Shown here: positions 18,661 to 28,896 of the stretch, piece by piece
Numbering within the stretch: the stretch's first letter is position 1
How the letters are laid out: each line of letters begins with the position of its first letter
Assembly: GCA_964356795.1 (NCBI GenBank)
Contig: CAYHIK010000007.1
Span: forward strand, 1 to 56,630
Reading direction: 5' to 3'
Length of the DNA: 56,630 nucleotides
From: an uncultured Candidatus Saccharibacteria bacterium
GTDB taxonomy: Bacteria; Patescibacteriota; Minisyncoccia; 2-02-FULL-40-12; GWA2-44-9
Notes under the pieces: model-generated
What the model saw: only the letters and a program-made list of their open reading frames with translations
The model's database searches: none
What the model was told of the DNA's origin: nothing
Translations under genes and position numbers: made by a program

Positions 18661-20370
18661 CTATTCATGAATAACGCGTAGAATTTCTTCGATCGTAGTG
18701 AGGCCTGCAACTGCTTTCTGGAATCCATCCTCAAGGAGCGTTGTCATGCCGTTTTTGATGGCAATCTTTTTGATTTCTCCCGCATCGGCGCGACGCATCA
18801 TTGCCTCGCGGATAAAATCATTCATCTCCAAGACCTCATAGATTCCTAAGCGCCCCCGGTATCCTGTGTTGTGGCATATGGCACACCCTTTTCCTTGGAA
18901 GAAGTCGCGGTGATTGTCGAGAATTTCAACGGGGATGTTTTCTTTGAGTGCGTTAAATTCGCCCTCGGTAATGCGTCGCGGGATTTTGCAGCTGGTGCAA
19001 ATCGTGCGTACCAAGCGTTGTCCGATGGCGACGTTGATGGTGGATGCGACGAGGAATGGCTCGATGCCCATATCGAGTAATCGAGGGAGTGTGGTGGCGG
19101 CGTCATTGGTGTGGATAGTGCTCAAGAGCTTGTGACCGGTGAGTGCGGCGTTGATTGCGATTGCAGCCGCTTCTTCGTCGCGAATCTCGCCGACCATGAT
19201 GATGTTCGGGTCTTGTCGAAGTACGGAGCGTAGTCCATTTGCGAAGGTGAGCCCCGTGCGAGCGTTCACTTGGATTTGATCGATGCCTTCAAGAGAATAC
19301 TCGATAGGATCCTCGATGGTGATGACCGATACCTCTCGCGTATTGAGCTCTTTGAGGATGGTGTAGAGTGTTGTCGTTTTCCCTGACCCTGTTGGACCTG
19401 TTGCGAGGATCATTCCATAGGGAGTCTGGACTGCTTTACGAATCTTCTTGCGGTCAGCATCGGTGAGCGCGAGCGCATCCAGCGTACTGATGCCTGCTTG
19501 CTCAGCGAGAAGACGTAGGACGCAGTTCTCTCCGTAGTACGTGGGCACAATGCTTACGCGTACATCAAACTGAATGGCGGGACTCGCTAGGTTCATGCGG
19601 AAGCGGCCGTCTTGTGCGGCTTGGTGTTCATCGGTGCGCATCCCACCGAGCACCTTGATGCGCGTGATGATGCCTGAGTGAAGGCTACGAGGGAAGATGA
19701 AGATATCATTGAGGATGCCGTCGATGCGCATGCGCGCGACGAGTTTTTCCTCGTAGGGTTCAAGGTGAATGTCTGACGCGCGTGCGGTGTATCCGTACGC
19801 CATCATATCGTCGACAAGTTTGATGATTGAAATCTGCGCCTCGGGCAGCTTTATCATTTTGTCCACTTCTTCTCGGAGTGCGAATGCGGTCGAGTCCATA
19901 CCCGAGCCATCAGCTGGTTTTTTGGGGGCCGTGTCGGATGGAGTGGTTGGGACGGGACTTTCTGGTGTCGGAGCTTTTGGAATAATACCGATGAGTATTT
20001 CAGAAATCTTTGTAACAATCTCGTCGGCATTCACATTTCCCTTGATGAGAAATCCATTGATGCCAAGCTGTTGTGCTCGTTTGATGTCGTCTTTATTTTC
20101 AGCAGTAAAGAGCGCAAGAATGGGGAGTTCTTCGGCGGTCTTTTTTTTGCGGATCTCGCTTATTGTTGCGTATCCGTCCAGTGTTCCTGAAAGTGGAATA
20201 TCGACAACGACGAGGTGGGGGGATTGTTTTTCGATGTTAGCAATTCCGAGCGTGCCGTCTTGCGCGAATGTGGGCGTGAACCCACGGTGCGTAATCTTCT
20301 CACTCAATAACTGCGCCATAAACTCATTATCTTCGATGATGAGAACTATTTTTCCGATTTCGGTGGGCAT
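18661..20370 (-). CDS. pilB: PilB/GspE assembly ATPase with N-terminal receiver domain
   Basis: GPTGSGKTT, TIEDPIEY, LRQDPN..VGEIRD, tetracysteine motif; REC domain in residues 1-125. Confidence 0.93.
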   Translation of the reverse strand: MPTEIGKIVLIIEDNEFMAQLLSEKITHRGFTPTFAQDGTLGIANIEKQSPHLVVVDIPLSGTLDGYATISEIRKKKTAEELPILALFTAENKDDIKRAQQLGINGFLIKGNVNADEIVTKISEILIGIIPKAPTPESPVPTTPSDTAPKKPADGSGMDSTAFALREEVDKMIKLPEAQISIIKLVDDMMAYGYTARASDIHLEPYEEKLVARMRIDGILNDIFIFPRSLHSGIITRIKVLGGMRTDEHQAAQDGRFRMNLASPAIQFDVRVSIVPTYYGENCVLRLLAEQAGISTLDALALTDADRKKIRKAVQTPYGMILATGPTGSGKTTTLYTILKELNTREVSVITIEDPIEYSLEGIDQIQVNARTGLTFANGLRSVLRQDPNIIMVGEIRDEEAAAIAINAALTGHKLLSTIHTNDAATTLPRLLDMGIEPFLVASTINVAIGQRLVRTICTSCKIPRRITEGEFNALKENIPVEILDNHRDFFQGKGCAICHNTGYRGRLGIYEVLEMNDFIREAMMRRADAGEIKKIAIKNGMTTLLEDGFQKAVAGLTTIEEILRVIHE

Positions 20371-20493
20371 GAGGATGATTGTGCACGCAATACAACGGGA
20401 ACGTCGTGTCGCGTATGTGACTTAAGTATACCACAGCATATTCGATGGCGCCTGTTGCTATGATAGCGCCTACTGGTCTGGTATACTGCCGTC

Positions 20494-21492
20494 ATGGAAT
20501 CCTTCAGCATCATCGTCGGAATAGCGCTCCTGGCATTGGTTATCGCGGTAATGTGGCTGCAATTACAAGCTCGCAAGCCACGGGAGACCGATCAGAGCAT
20601 GCTCATGCTCGCCTCTCGCTTGGACGCGCTCCAGACGCAGGTTTCTGCCCAGCTTGAGCAGTCACGCCAAGCAAGTGAGCGATCGGCATCATCAGTGATG
20701 TCGCAGGTACAGTCATTCACGCAGGGCATGACCGAGCTCAAGGGTGTGGTGGAGCAGGTGCAACAGCGCGTGAAGGATGTCGCGAACTTTCAGGATATCT
20801 TTAAGTCGCCCAAGTTGCGTGGTATTTGGGGCGAGGCATCGCTGGAAAGTGCGCTCGCGCAGTACTTCCCCAATGACCGGTATATTATTCAGCACTATTT
20901 CAAATCGGGCGAAGCGGTTGATGCGGTCCTCAAGCTTCCCAACGACCTCCTCCTTCCCATTGATAGTAAATTCAATTGGGAAAACTTTGAGAAAATGATA
21001 AACGCCGACAACGAAGTTGCGCGTGATGGATTCCGAAAGCAATTCCTCTCAGACGTAAAAAAGAAAATAGACGAGATTGCTACGAAGTACCTCATTCCCG
21101 GCGAGGGTACTACCGATTTCGCGCTTATGTATATGCCAGCAGAGACGCTCTACTACGAAGTCATCCAGAACGTAAAAGAGGCGGACTTGTCGTCGTATGC
21201 TCGCGCAAAGAAGATTATCTTGGTCTCGCCCAACACATTCTTCCTCACGGTCTCGGCAATTCTCCACTGGTTCAACGATGTACAGTTCAGCAAGCAGACG
21301 CGTGAGATTATGAAAAAATTGAGCCGCGTGGTGCAGGACGCGGGTAAGCTCGCTGATGATTTCCGTGTGCTCGGGAAACATATCGGGAATGCACAATCCG
21401 CATTCGACGACACCGACAAGCGCCTCGGTCTGCTCGTGGAGCGCACGCAGAAGGTGATTGAGTTGAGTGAAGAGGTGAAGGAGATAGAGTGA
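20494..21492 (+). CDS. rmuC: DNA recombination protein RmuC
   Basis: TM, coiled coil, RGIWGE..LE, IDSKF, KYL.P..TTDFA, SP motifs. Confidence 0.93.
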   Translation: MESFSIIVGIALLALVIAVMWLQLQARKPRETDQSMLMLASRLDALQTQVSAQLEQSRQASERSASSVMSQVQSFTQGMTELKGVVEQVQQRVKDVANFQDIFKSPKLRGIWGEASLESALAQYFPNDRYIIQHYFKSGEAVDAVLKLPNDLLLPIDSKFNWENFEKMINADNEVARDGFRKQFLSDVKKKIDEIATKYLIPGEGTTDFALMYMPAETLYYEVIQNVKEADLSSYARAKKIILVSPNTFFLTVSAILHWFNDVQFSKQTREIMKKLSRVVQDAGKLADDFRVLGKHIGNAQSAFDDTDKRLGLLVERTQKVIELSEEVKEIE

Positions 21493-21503
21493 GCCCCGCG
21501 AAG

Positions 21504-21797
21504 TCACGCTTTCCCCGATACGCTTCCGTCAGCACGCTCGCACGCCCTGCGAGCGTGCTTCGCTAGGGAGCTCGGTGCCGGTGCTGTCAAGGACTGACCA
21601 TTGACAGGCCATGCCACCAGCATTCGCTACTGCTTCCGGAAGCATATCGGGAAGAGCGTGAGCCATACTCGGAGTGCTTCGAGGCAACGTTGCGGAGAAC
21701 CGAGGGCTTGGTTCTGCCGAGGTTCGAGCATCGAGATAGCCGCCGACCGCAGGAGTCGACGGACTATCGGTTGTCCGCGAAGCATTTCGGGTATGGC
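21504..21797 (+). repeat. Structured dispersed repeat, family A copy 1
   Basis: Near-identical core to 25446-25739 with different but self-complementary closing stems. Confidence 0.9.
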
Positions 21798-21879
21798 GAG
21801 CGAATCTGCGGAGGGTAATGTATCGTATGTAAAATCAAAATAAAACACCCCGCCAAATGTGTCTTGGCGGGGCGGGGCG

Positions 21880-22248
21880 TCACTCGATGCGACGGATAAT
21901 GCGCGATGGCACGGATGCGGGGCTCCACGCCCACACGCTCACGGGCATGGTGATGAGCCATGGCTTGAGCCAGTCTTGAACGGTTTGGAGCTTCTCCTGG
22001 CCTTCTTTGATGCTCGCAACCCTGATGCCGAAGCCGATTCGCCAGCCGAGCGCGTCGTAGATGTCGACGGCCTTGTGGAGCGGGATGTCGTATTCCTCGA
22101 TCTGCGCATCGCTCGGGTACTTCGTGATTGTGCACGGTCCGATGTCGTCGCAGAGATCGTTGAGGGCTCGGTGCTGTTCCCCTACGTATGCTGAGTCTGA
22201 CAATTGCTCTTCATCGAACCCCACCCCGACCCAGATGATTTCTCGCAC
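21880..22248 (-). CDS. Hypothetical protein
   Basis: AAGGAG before GTG start; terminator hairpin at about 21845-21872. Confidence 0.65.
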   Translation of the reverse strand: MREIIWVGVGFDEEQLSDSAYVGEQHRALNDLCDDIGPCTITKYPSDAQIEEYDIPLHKAVDIYDALGWRIGFGIRVASIKEGQEKLQTVQDWLKPWLITMPVSVWAWSPASVPSRIIRRIE

Positions 22249-22259
22249 GGTTAGTCTCC

Positions 22260-23264
22260 TTAGTTCGCCAACCTCGTTGGCGTCTCGGTGTTTGCGGGCG
22301 ACATGCCAGATGTCTCATCCAGCAGCGCTTCACTTTGCGCGGTAACGCTTTCTGCGAATTGCTCCGCCGCGTCGATTTGTCGTCCGAGCTCTCGGGTGTC
22401 GATGAGACCATCGGGCGCTGCTTCCACCTGCAGGGTGACGCCGATGCCGTTTGCTCGACGGATGATGGCCCGGCACGAGTCCATCGCCTTGTACGCCTGA
22501 TTGATGAGCTGTTGAGAGGCGTCCCCGCTGGAGTCCATAGCATCGACCATTTCATGTAGCTGCAGGAGCCTCCCGAGTCCGGCAATCTGGTCTGCGGTGC
22601 TCTTGATTGTTGTGAGCGCTTCCGTGGTGCACGCGATGGCTCGCCGTTTCTCTTGGAGTGTGGCGTCGACTCGAGCGAGAGCGGCTTGAACTGCGCCAGC
22701 GATTGCCGAGTATGTGGTTTCCGATGCAACGCTTTCTCGGGCAGATTCGAGCCTCTCGATCTCATTCTGGAGTTTTCTGAGGCGCGCCTCGAAGTCGCGC
22801 TGTGGCGCATCGAGTTCGTTGCGCTGGAACTCCGCGAACTCTTCCGAGATGTTGTGTGACTTTGGGATTGGCGCGGTCTTTGATTTGAAGAGTCTGGCGA
22901 CGAGATTGACGGCACTGCCCGTGATACTCGTTGTTATCTGCACGACGGCTATCGCGCACAGGATCATCATTCCGGCGATGAGTGCAAGCAACGGCACCGG
23001 AGAACAAGCTGCATGAAGGCCGGTGTATGAATCCCTATCCTTGTAGTCAGCGATGAGAGGTGTTGAGGCGGGATTCCGATCCTTACTAGCCCTTTTATCC
23101 CAATCGCCGGACGACTCTGGGAATAGCGATTTGCGCAAGATGTATCTGACCGACCACCGCTTCGCGGGCCCATTATCGTGGAAGACACTCCACTTGAGCA
23201 TCCCCAGCAGGGTGCCGCTTACGAGCCAGCAGGCCGCAATTCCGAGTACGGAAAGCACAGACAT
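22260..23264 (-). CDS. Hypothetical membrane protein with coiled-coil C-terminus
   Basis: GGGAGG SD, consensus promoter upstream, two hydrophobic segments. Confidence 0.75.
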   Translation of the reverse strand: MSVLSVLGIAACWLVSGTLLGMLKWSVFHDNGPAKRWSVRYILRKSLFPESSGDWDKRASKDRNPASTPLIADYKDRDSYTGLHAACSPVPLLALIAGMMILCAIAVVQITTSITGSAVNLVARLFKSKTAPIPKSHNISEEFAEFQRNELDAPQRDFEARLRKLQNEIERLESARESVASETTYSAIAGAVQAALARVDATLQEKRRAIACTTEALTTIKSTADQIAGLGRLLQLHEMVDAMDSSGDASQQLINQAYKAMDSCRAIIRRANGIGVTLQVEAAPDGLIDTRELGRQIDAAEQFAESVTAQSEALLDETSGMSPANTETPTRLAN

Positions 23265-23295
23265 GTGACCTCCCTTGTCAGAGAACGAATGATCT

Positions 23296-23324
23296 ACTAT
23301 ACAATACTAAGTTATAATTGTCAA
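23296..23324 (-). promoter_or_regulatory. Sigma70 promoter of accessory operon
   Basis: TTGACA-17 nt-TATAGT. Confidence 0.75.
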
Positions 23325-23405
23325 TTTATTGCATTTTCTGCACGTTTTTTCTACACTGGTCAACGTACAATTACATAACAGGTCAACCGTCTTTTTTATT
23401 TTCGT

Positions 23406-25442
23406 ATGGAATACACACTGATTGCATTTGGTATTTCGGTGGCGGCGCTCGTGTTTGCGGGGCTATTGGCGCGGTGGGTGCTTCGTCAGCCGGTGGGAAC
23501 GCCCGCGATGGTTGCGGTTTCTGATGTGATTCACGAGGGTGCAAATGCCTTCATGCGTCGCCAGTATCGGACCATTGGATACATCAGTTTCGGACTCGCG
23601 GTTGTATTATTGCTCGCCTACGGACTTTCGGGTAATTGGGAGCATGGCTGGCAGACCGCGGGTTCATTTTTGTTTGGTGCGGTGTCGTCCGCCATTGCGG
23701 GTATCGTTGCTATGTCGATTTCGGTGCGCGCGAACATTCGCGCCGCGGGTGCCGCACAGCGTGGCCTTCCGCAGGCGCTTGAGGTTGCGATTCGTGGCGG
23801 AGCGGTCTCGGGTATTATTATCGTCGCGATGTCGCTCTTGGGTATTTCGGTTCTCTTCTTGATGTATGAATGGATGGGTGTCGCAATCCGCGATATTCCC
23901 TCGTTGATTGTGGGATATGGTTTTGGCGCATCACTCGTTGCGCTTTTTGCGCAGTTGGGGGGTGGAATCTTTACCAAGGCCGCAGATGTCGGTGCGGACT
24001 TAGTGGGTAAGGTTGAGGCGGGAATCCCCGAGGACGACCCACGCAATCCTGCGGTGATGGCGGACTTGGTGGGAGACAACGTAGGAGATTGTGCTGGTCG
24101 TGGTGCTGACTTGTTTGAGTCTGCTGCTGCAGAAAACATCGGAGCCATGATTTTGGGCGTCGCGCTCTATCCGGTGTTTGGCATTGAGGGAATCATGTTC
24201 CCACTCGTGCTTCGCGCGTTTGGACTTATCGCGACCATGATTGGTATCTTCGCCGCAAAAGCGAAGGAAGGTGAAAACCCAATGGCAAGCTTGAATCGTG
24301 GCTACTGGGTTACGTCTATTCTCGCATCGGTTGCATTCTTCTTTGTGACTCGTTCGATGCTCGATAACATGTGGTTCTTCTGGGCCGGTATGGTTGGTAT
24401 TGCGACGTCGATTGTATTTGTGTACCTGACGCAGTATTACACTGAGTCTCGATTCCGTCCGGTGCGCGAGATTGCGCAGGCATCCACAACTGGCCCAGGC
24501 ACTAACATCATATCCGGATATGCGGTTGGTCTTGAGTCCACGGGTGCAACAGTTATCTCGATTAGTGCTGCGCTCCTTGCATCATACTGGCTTGGCTCCA
24601 ATAGTGGCGTTCCACATGGCGGACTGTATGGAACTGCCGTTGCAACGATGGGTATGCTCGCAACCGCAGCGTACGTGTTAGCTATGGATGTGTTCGGACC
24701 CATCACGGATAACGCGGGCGGTATCGTGGAGATGTCGAAAGCACCAGAGAGTGTTCGTCGCACCACTGACAAGCTCGATTCTGCTGGTAACACCACGAAG
24801 GCACTCACGAAGGGATATGCAATTGGTTCGGCGGCACTCGCTGCGTTTTTGTTGTTTAGTGCATATCTGGAAGAGGCGCACCTGACGGTGGTGAACTTGG
24901 CGAACATCGAAGTGTTCATTGGCGCGCTCCTTGGCGCAACGCTTGTGTTTGTATTTAGTTCGCTTGCCATTCGTGCAGTCGGAAAAGCTGCCTACTATAT
25001 CATCAACGACGTGCGCGCGCAGTTTAAAGAAAATCCTGGCATCATGCAGGGGACTTCAAAGCCCGACTACGCACGCGCAGTCGATATCACCACACGTGGT
25101 GCATTGAAGGAGATGATTTTCCCAGGCTTGCTTGCAATCATTGTGCCGATTGCAGTTGGTATGATATTCAAAGCAGAAGCAGCGGCCGGACTCCTCATGG
25201 TTGGCACGATTGCGGGTATCTTGATGGCAACACTCATGAACAATGCTGGCGGTGCATGGGATAACGCAAAGAAATATATCGAAGAGGGCCATCTCGGTGG
25301 TAAGGGTTCCGAGGCGCACAAGGCGGCAGTGACTGGTGATACGGTGGGCGATCCATTCAAGGATACCGCTGGTCCATCACTTCACGTGCTCATCAAGTTG
25401 CTCTCCACACTTACCCTCGCGCTCGTCGCCCTGTTTGTGTAG
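23406..25442 (+). CDS. hppA: Membrane-bound H+-translocating pyrophosphatase, K+-independent type
   Basis: GGIFTKAADVGADLVGKVE, EDDPRNP, DNVGD, GNTTKA, GDTVGDPFKD. Confidence 0.95.
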   Translation: MEYTLIAFGISVAALVFAGLLARWVLRQPVGTPAMVAVSDVIHEGANAFMRRQYRTIGYISFGLAVVLLLAYGLSGNWEHGWQTAGSFLFGAVSSAIAGIVAMSISVRANIRAAGAAQRGLPQALEVAIRGGAVSGIIIVAMSLLGISVLFLMYEWMGVAIRDIPSLIVGYGFGASLVALFAQLGGGIFTKAADVGADLVGKVEAGIPEDDPRNPAVMADLVGDNVGDCAGRGADLFESAAAENIGAMILGVALYPVFGIEGIMFPLVLRAFGLIATMIGIFAAKAKEGENPMASLNRGYWVTSILASVAFFFVTRSMLDNMWFFWAGMVGIATSIVFVYLTQYYTESRFRPVREIAQASTTGPGTNIISGYAVGLESTGATVISISAALLASYWLGSNSGVPHGGLYGTAVATMGMLATAAYVLAMDVFGPITDNAGGIVEMSKAPESVRRTTDKLDSAGNTTKALTKGYAIGSAALAAFLLFSAYLEEAHLTVVNLANIEVFIGALLGATLVFVFSSLAIRAVGKAAYYIINDVRAQFKENPGIMQGTSKPDYARAVDITTRGALKEMIFPGLLAIIVPIAVGMIFKAEAAAGLLMVGTIAGILMATLMNNAGGAWDNAKKYIEEGHLGGKGSEAHKAAVTGDTVGDPFKDTAGPSLHVLIKLLSTLTLALVALFV

Positions 25443-25445
25443 ATA

Positions 25446-25739
25446 AGCGCTCTCACCGATATATCTCTGCACGCACGCTCGCACGCCCTGCGAGCGTGCT
25501 TCGCTAAGAGCTTGATGCCGGTGCTGTCAAGGAAAGACCATTGACAGGCCGTGCCACCGGCAGTCGCTGTTGCGTGCAGAGATGCATCGGTGCTCGCGCT
25601 CCCATGGCCGGAGTGCTTCGAGGCAACGTTGCGCAGAACCGAGGGCTTGGTTCTGCCGAGGTTCGAGCATCGAGATAGCCGGCGACCGCAGGAGTCGACG
25701 GACTATCGGTTGTCCGCGAAGTATTCCGACCAGGGGAGC
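25446..25739 (+). repeat. Structured dispersed repeat, family A copy 2
   Basis: Matches 21504-21797. Confidence 0.9.
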
Positions 25740-25838
25740 ACGGAGTGTGTCTGCGGGGATGTATCGGCGACTGACTGCGCTAGTGATTGACCACATCGGC
25801 GATGATCTTTTTGAATGCTCCATGGTATACTATATTAT

Positions 25839-26666
25839 ATGGACGAACCTCAATTACCGTCAGCACCTGAATCGGTGCAACCAGCGCCTGTGCCCGTGTC
25901 TCCTCCCCAGGCTCCCGAACCTGTGGCGCCGCCAGTTTCTCCCGTGCCCGCCGCACCTGCATCTGTACAACAGGGAATTAAGGTTGGAGATGTGATGACG
26001 AAAGACGTGCTGGCGATTGATGTCAACGACACGCTGGATGTTATTGCGGGATTGTTCGAGAAATACAACTATGATGGCATGCCCGTCATTGATTCGACCA
26101 AGAAGCTCATGGGCGTTATTACGATGTACGATTTGGTGCTCCAGTCATCGGACATTCATCTGCCGACGATGCTAAAGATTATGGATCAGATTGCGCGTGA
26201 ACAGGGCGACGCGCGTGCGCTTGATGCTCACTTCGGAAAACTTCGCGACATCAAGGCCACCAGCATTATGAATCCGAAGGTAGTATCTATCGGCCCCGAT
26301 GCGTTACTCGAGGAAGCTGCAAAGATTTTCGCAGACTATCCCAAGGTGAATCCGCTCTGCGTTGTAGATGCAGAGGGGAAGTTGGTTGGCGTGGTATCGC
26401 GCTATGATGTGATTAAGTTTTTCAACGAAGCATATCTCAAGCACATGGTGCAGCAGAAGTCGGAGGATGGTGGAGATGCATACAAGGCGTTCCCCACCAA
26501 GTCCGAAACGGAAGTGCAGAAGGCAGTTTCCGATGTGCAGGCAGAATTCTTACTCGTGCAGAAGCGCCGACCACTTATTTGGAAGTATATCGCTATCGCA
26601 ACCTTTGCTTCTGGTCTCATCGCTGCCACTGCACTTATTATCCGTATTGTCTCGAAGGAGGGCTAG
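25839..26666 (+). CDS. CBS-pair protein with C-terminal TM
   Basis: VGDVMT..MPVID..LMGVIT and IMNP..VVD..LVGVVSR; Pro-rich N-terminus. Confidence 0.88.
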   Translation: MDEPQLPSAPESVQPAPVPVSPPQAPEPVAPPVSPVPAAPASVQQGIKVGDVMTKDVLAIDVNDTLDVIAGLFEKYNYDGMPVIDSTKKLMGVITMYDLVLQSSDIHLPTMLKIMDQIAREQGDARALDAHFGKLRDIKATSIMNPKVVSIGPDALLEEAAKIFADYPKVNPLCVVDAEGKLVGVVSRYDVIKFFNEAYLKHMVQQKSEDGGDAYKAFPTKSETEVQKAVSDVQAEFLLVQKRRPLIWKYIAIATFASGLIAATALIIRIVSKEG

Positions 26667-28894
26667 ATTCGTGCTCGCTTGAGGAGAAGTGAGTTGAGCA
26701 CCACCGAAATGGAGCTTGCCGCCATCGCGACCGATGCGAAGATTGGGTTGAGCTGGATACCCCAGATAGGGTAGAGCGCCCCCATCGCAACAGGAATGAG
26801 GATAATATTGTAGCCAAACGCCCAAAACAGATTGAGCTTAATCGTGCGAAGCGTCTTGCGCGAAAGCGCAATAGCAGACGCAACGGTGCGCAGGTCGCGA
26901 TTGATGAGCGTGATATCCGCGGCTTCGATTGCTACATCGGTTCCTGTCCCCATGGCGATGCCAACATCTGCCTGTGCGAGCGCGGGAGCGTCATTAATGC
27001 CGTCGCCAATCATTGCAACGGTTTTCCCTTCCTGCTGAAGTTTCATCACTGCGGATGCTTTATCTTCGGGGAGCACTTCAGCGAAGTATCGCTCGATGCC
27101 AAGCTGTGTTGCGACCGATGCGGCGACGCGCATGTGGTCGCCCGTAATCATTGCTACTTCGATGCCAAGCTTTTTCAGTTCAGCGATTCCCGCTTTTGCT
27201 GTCGGCTTTACCGTGTCTGCAATTCCGATGACGCCGATGGCGCTCCCATCAACGGCAACGATGGTGATGGTATTCCCGCCATCTAATATCTCATCAATAG
27301 TGCCACGGAGTGCGTCAACACTAATTCCCTCTGATCGCATGAATCGTTCGGTGCCCGATACAACTCGTGTCCCGCTTACCGTTCCGCGGACGCCGTTGCC
27401 GGGAACTGTTTCAAATTGTTCAGATGATGCATGCAGGATGATTTCGCGTCGCTTCGCTTCTTCGAGGATTGCTTGCGAGATGGGATGGCTTGATGACTGC
27501 TCTACAACGGCGTCCATCTGAATCACTTCGTTTTCGGTATGGCCATTTGCCGGTTTTACAACCGTGACGCGCGGTTTTCCTTCGGTGAGTGTTCCTGTTT
27601 TATCGAAGACAACCGAACGAACCTTGTGCGCAGTCTCGAGTGCTGCCGCATCTTTAATGAGGATGCCGTGTTGCGCGCCAATGCCGGTGCCCACCATGAT
27701 AGCGGTAGGCGTCGCAAGTCCCATGGCGCATGGACATGCGATAATGAGTACCGCAACCGTGCTCAGGATTGCGCGGAGGAGCACTGGCTCAGGGCCAAAT
27801 GCATACCATGTTGCAAATGTTGCGAGTGCAAGCATGATAACAATCGGCACAAAATACGATGACACAATGTCGGCGAGCCGTTGAATGGGCGCCTTGCTTC
27901 CCTGTGCTTCCTGCACGAGTTTTACAATCTGCGCGAGCATGGTTTCATTTCCGACTTTGGTTGCACGGAAGAGGAATGAGCCCGTGGCGTTGATGGTTGA
28001 CCCGATGACCGGTGATTCAGGGCCCTTGTCGACGGGGATGCTTTCGCCGGTCACCATCGATTCGTCAATCGCGGACGCGCCTTCGACAATCACTCCGTCA
28101 ACGGGAATCTTTTCTCCAGGTCGCACGCGAATGACATCGCCGATAATAACCTGCTCGAGTGGGATGTCCTGCTCACTGCCGTCGCGCACGACACGTGCAG
28201 TCTTGGCCTGGAGTCCGAGCAACTTCCGAATTGCATCAGACGTGCCCGCTTTTGCGCGCGCCTCGAAGTAGCGACCCAGCAAGATAAGGCCGATGATAAT
28301 TGTTGAGACGTCGAAGTATGCCATCGGCTCAACGCCTCCTCGCATCACGAGTTCGGGAGCCGCAGTGACTACAATCGAATATCCGAACGCCACGGTTGTG
28401 CCGAGCGCGACGAGCGTGTCCATGTTTGCGGTGCGGTGTCGCAGTGAAGAGAACGCAGCGCGATAGAATGACCACCCTGCCCAAAACTGTACGGGTATCG
28501 CGAGTGCGAGTTGAAGCCAGAAATTCTTGATAACCGACGGCGCGGTTTCCATGAGGCCAGGGAAGCTACCCCACACAATGAGCGCACCGAGCGATAGACT
28601 CACCACGACGCGGGTTCGTAGCGCAGAAAGCTCTCGGCTCTTTCGTGTGCGCTCTGCGTCTTCATGTTCCATCTCGTCCGAGATAAGCGCTTGATAGCCT
28701 ACATTCGCAACCGCAGAGCGCAGGTGTTCATCGCTCACGCGAGTTGCGTCGAACTGAACCGTTGCTTTTTCAGTCGCAAGATTCACGGTCGCGGTGTCGA
28801 CGCCGGGAACTTCTTTCAGCGCATCTTCGAGTACGCGCACGCACGAGGCGCAATGAATTCCCTTGATGGGAAATGTTTTTTTCGTTGGTGTCAT
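26663..28894 (-). CDS. copA: Cu(I)-translocating P1B-1 ATPase
   Basis: HMA CASC, CPC, DKTGT, TGE, GDGIND, YN and MAASS motifs. Confidence 0.95.
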   Translation of the reverse strand: MTPTKKTFPIKGIHCASCVRVLEDALKEVPGVDTATVNLATEKATVQFDATRVSDEHLRSAVANVGYQALISDEMEHEDAERTRKSRELSALRTRVVVSLSLGALIVWGSFPGLMETAPSVIKNFWLQLALAIPVQFWAGWSFYRAAFSSLRHRTANMDTLVALGTTVAFGYSIVVTAAPELVMRGGVEPMAYFDVSTIIIGLILLGRYFEARAKAGTSDAIRKLLGLQAKTARVVRDGSEQDIPLEQVIIGDVIRVRPGEKIPVDGVIVEGASAIDESMVTGESIPVDKGPESPVIGSTINATGSFLFRATKVGNETMLAQIVKLVQEAQGSKAPIQRLADIVSSYFVPIVIMLALATFATWYAFGPEPVLLRAILSTVAVLIIACPCAMGLATPTAIMVGTGIGAQHGILIKDAAALETAHKVRSVVFDKTGTLTEGKPRVTVVKPANGHTENEVIQMDAVVEQSSSHPISQAILEEAKRREIILHASSEQFETVPGNGVRGTVSGTRVVSGTERFMRSEGISVDALRGTIDEILDGGNTITIVAVDGSAIGVIGIADTVKPTAKAGIAELKKLGIEVAMITGDHMRVAASVATQLGIERYFAEVLPEDKASAVMKLQQEGKTVAMIGDGINDAPALAQADVGIAMGTGTDVAIEAADITLINRDLRTVASAIALSRKTLRTIKLNLFWAFGYNIILIPVAMGALYPIWGIQLNPIFASVAMAASSISVVLNSLLLKRARI

Positions 28895-28896
28895 AG

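Noticed and set aside
21601-21848. Similar short ORFs here and at 25527-25995
   Set aside because: Incidental translations of repeat family A; reading frames are not conserved end to end.
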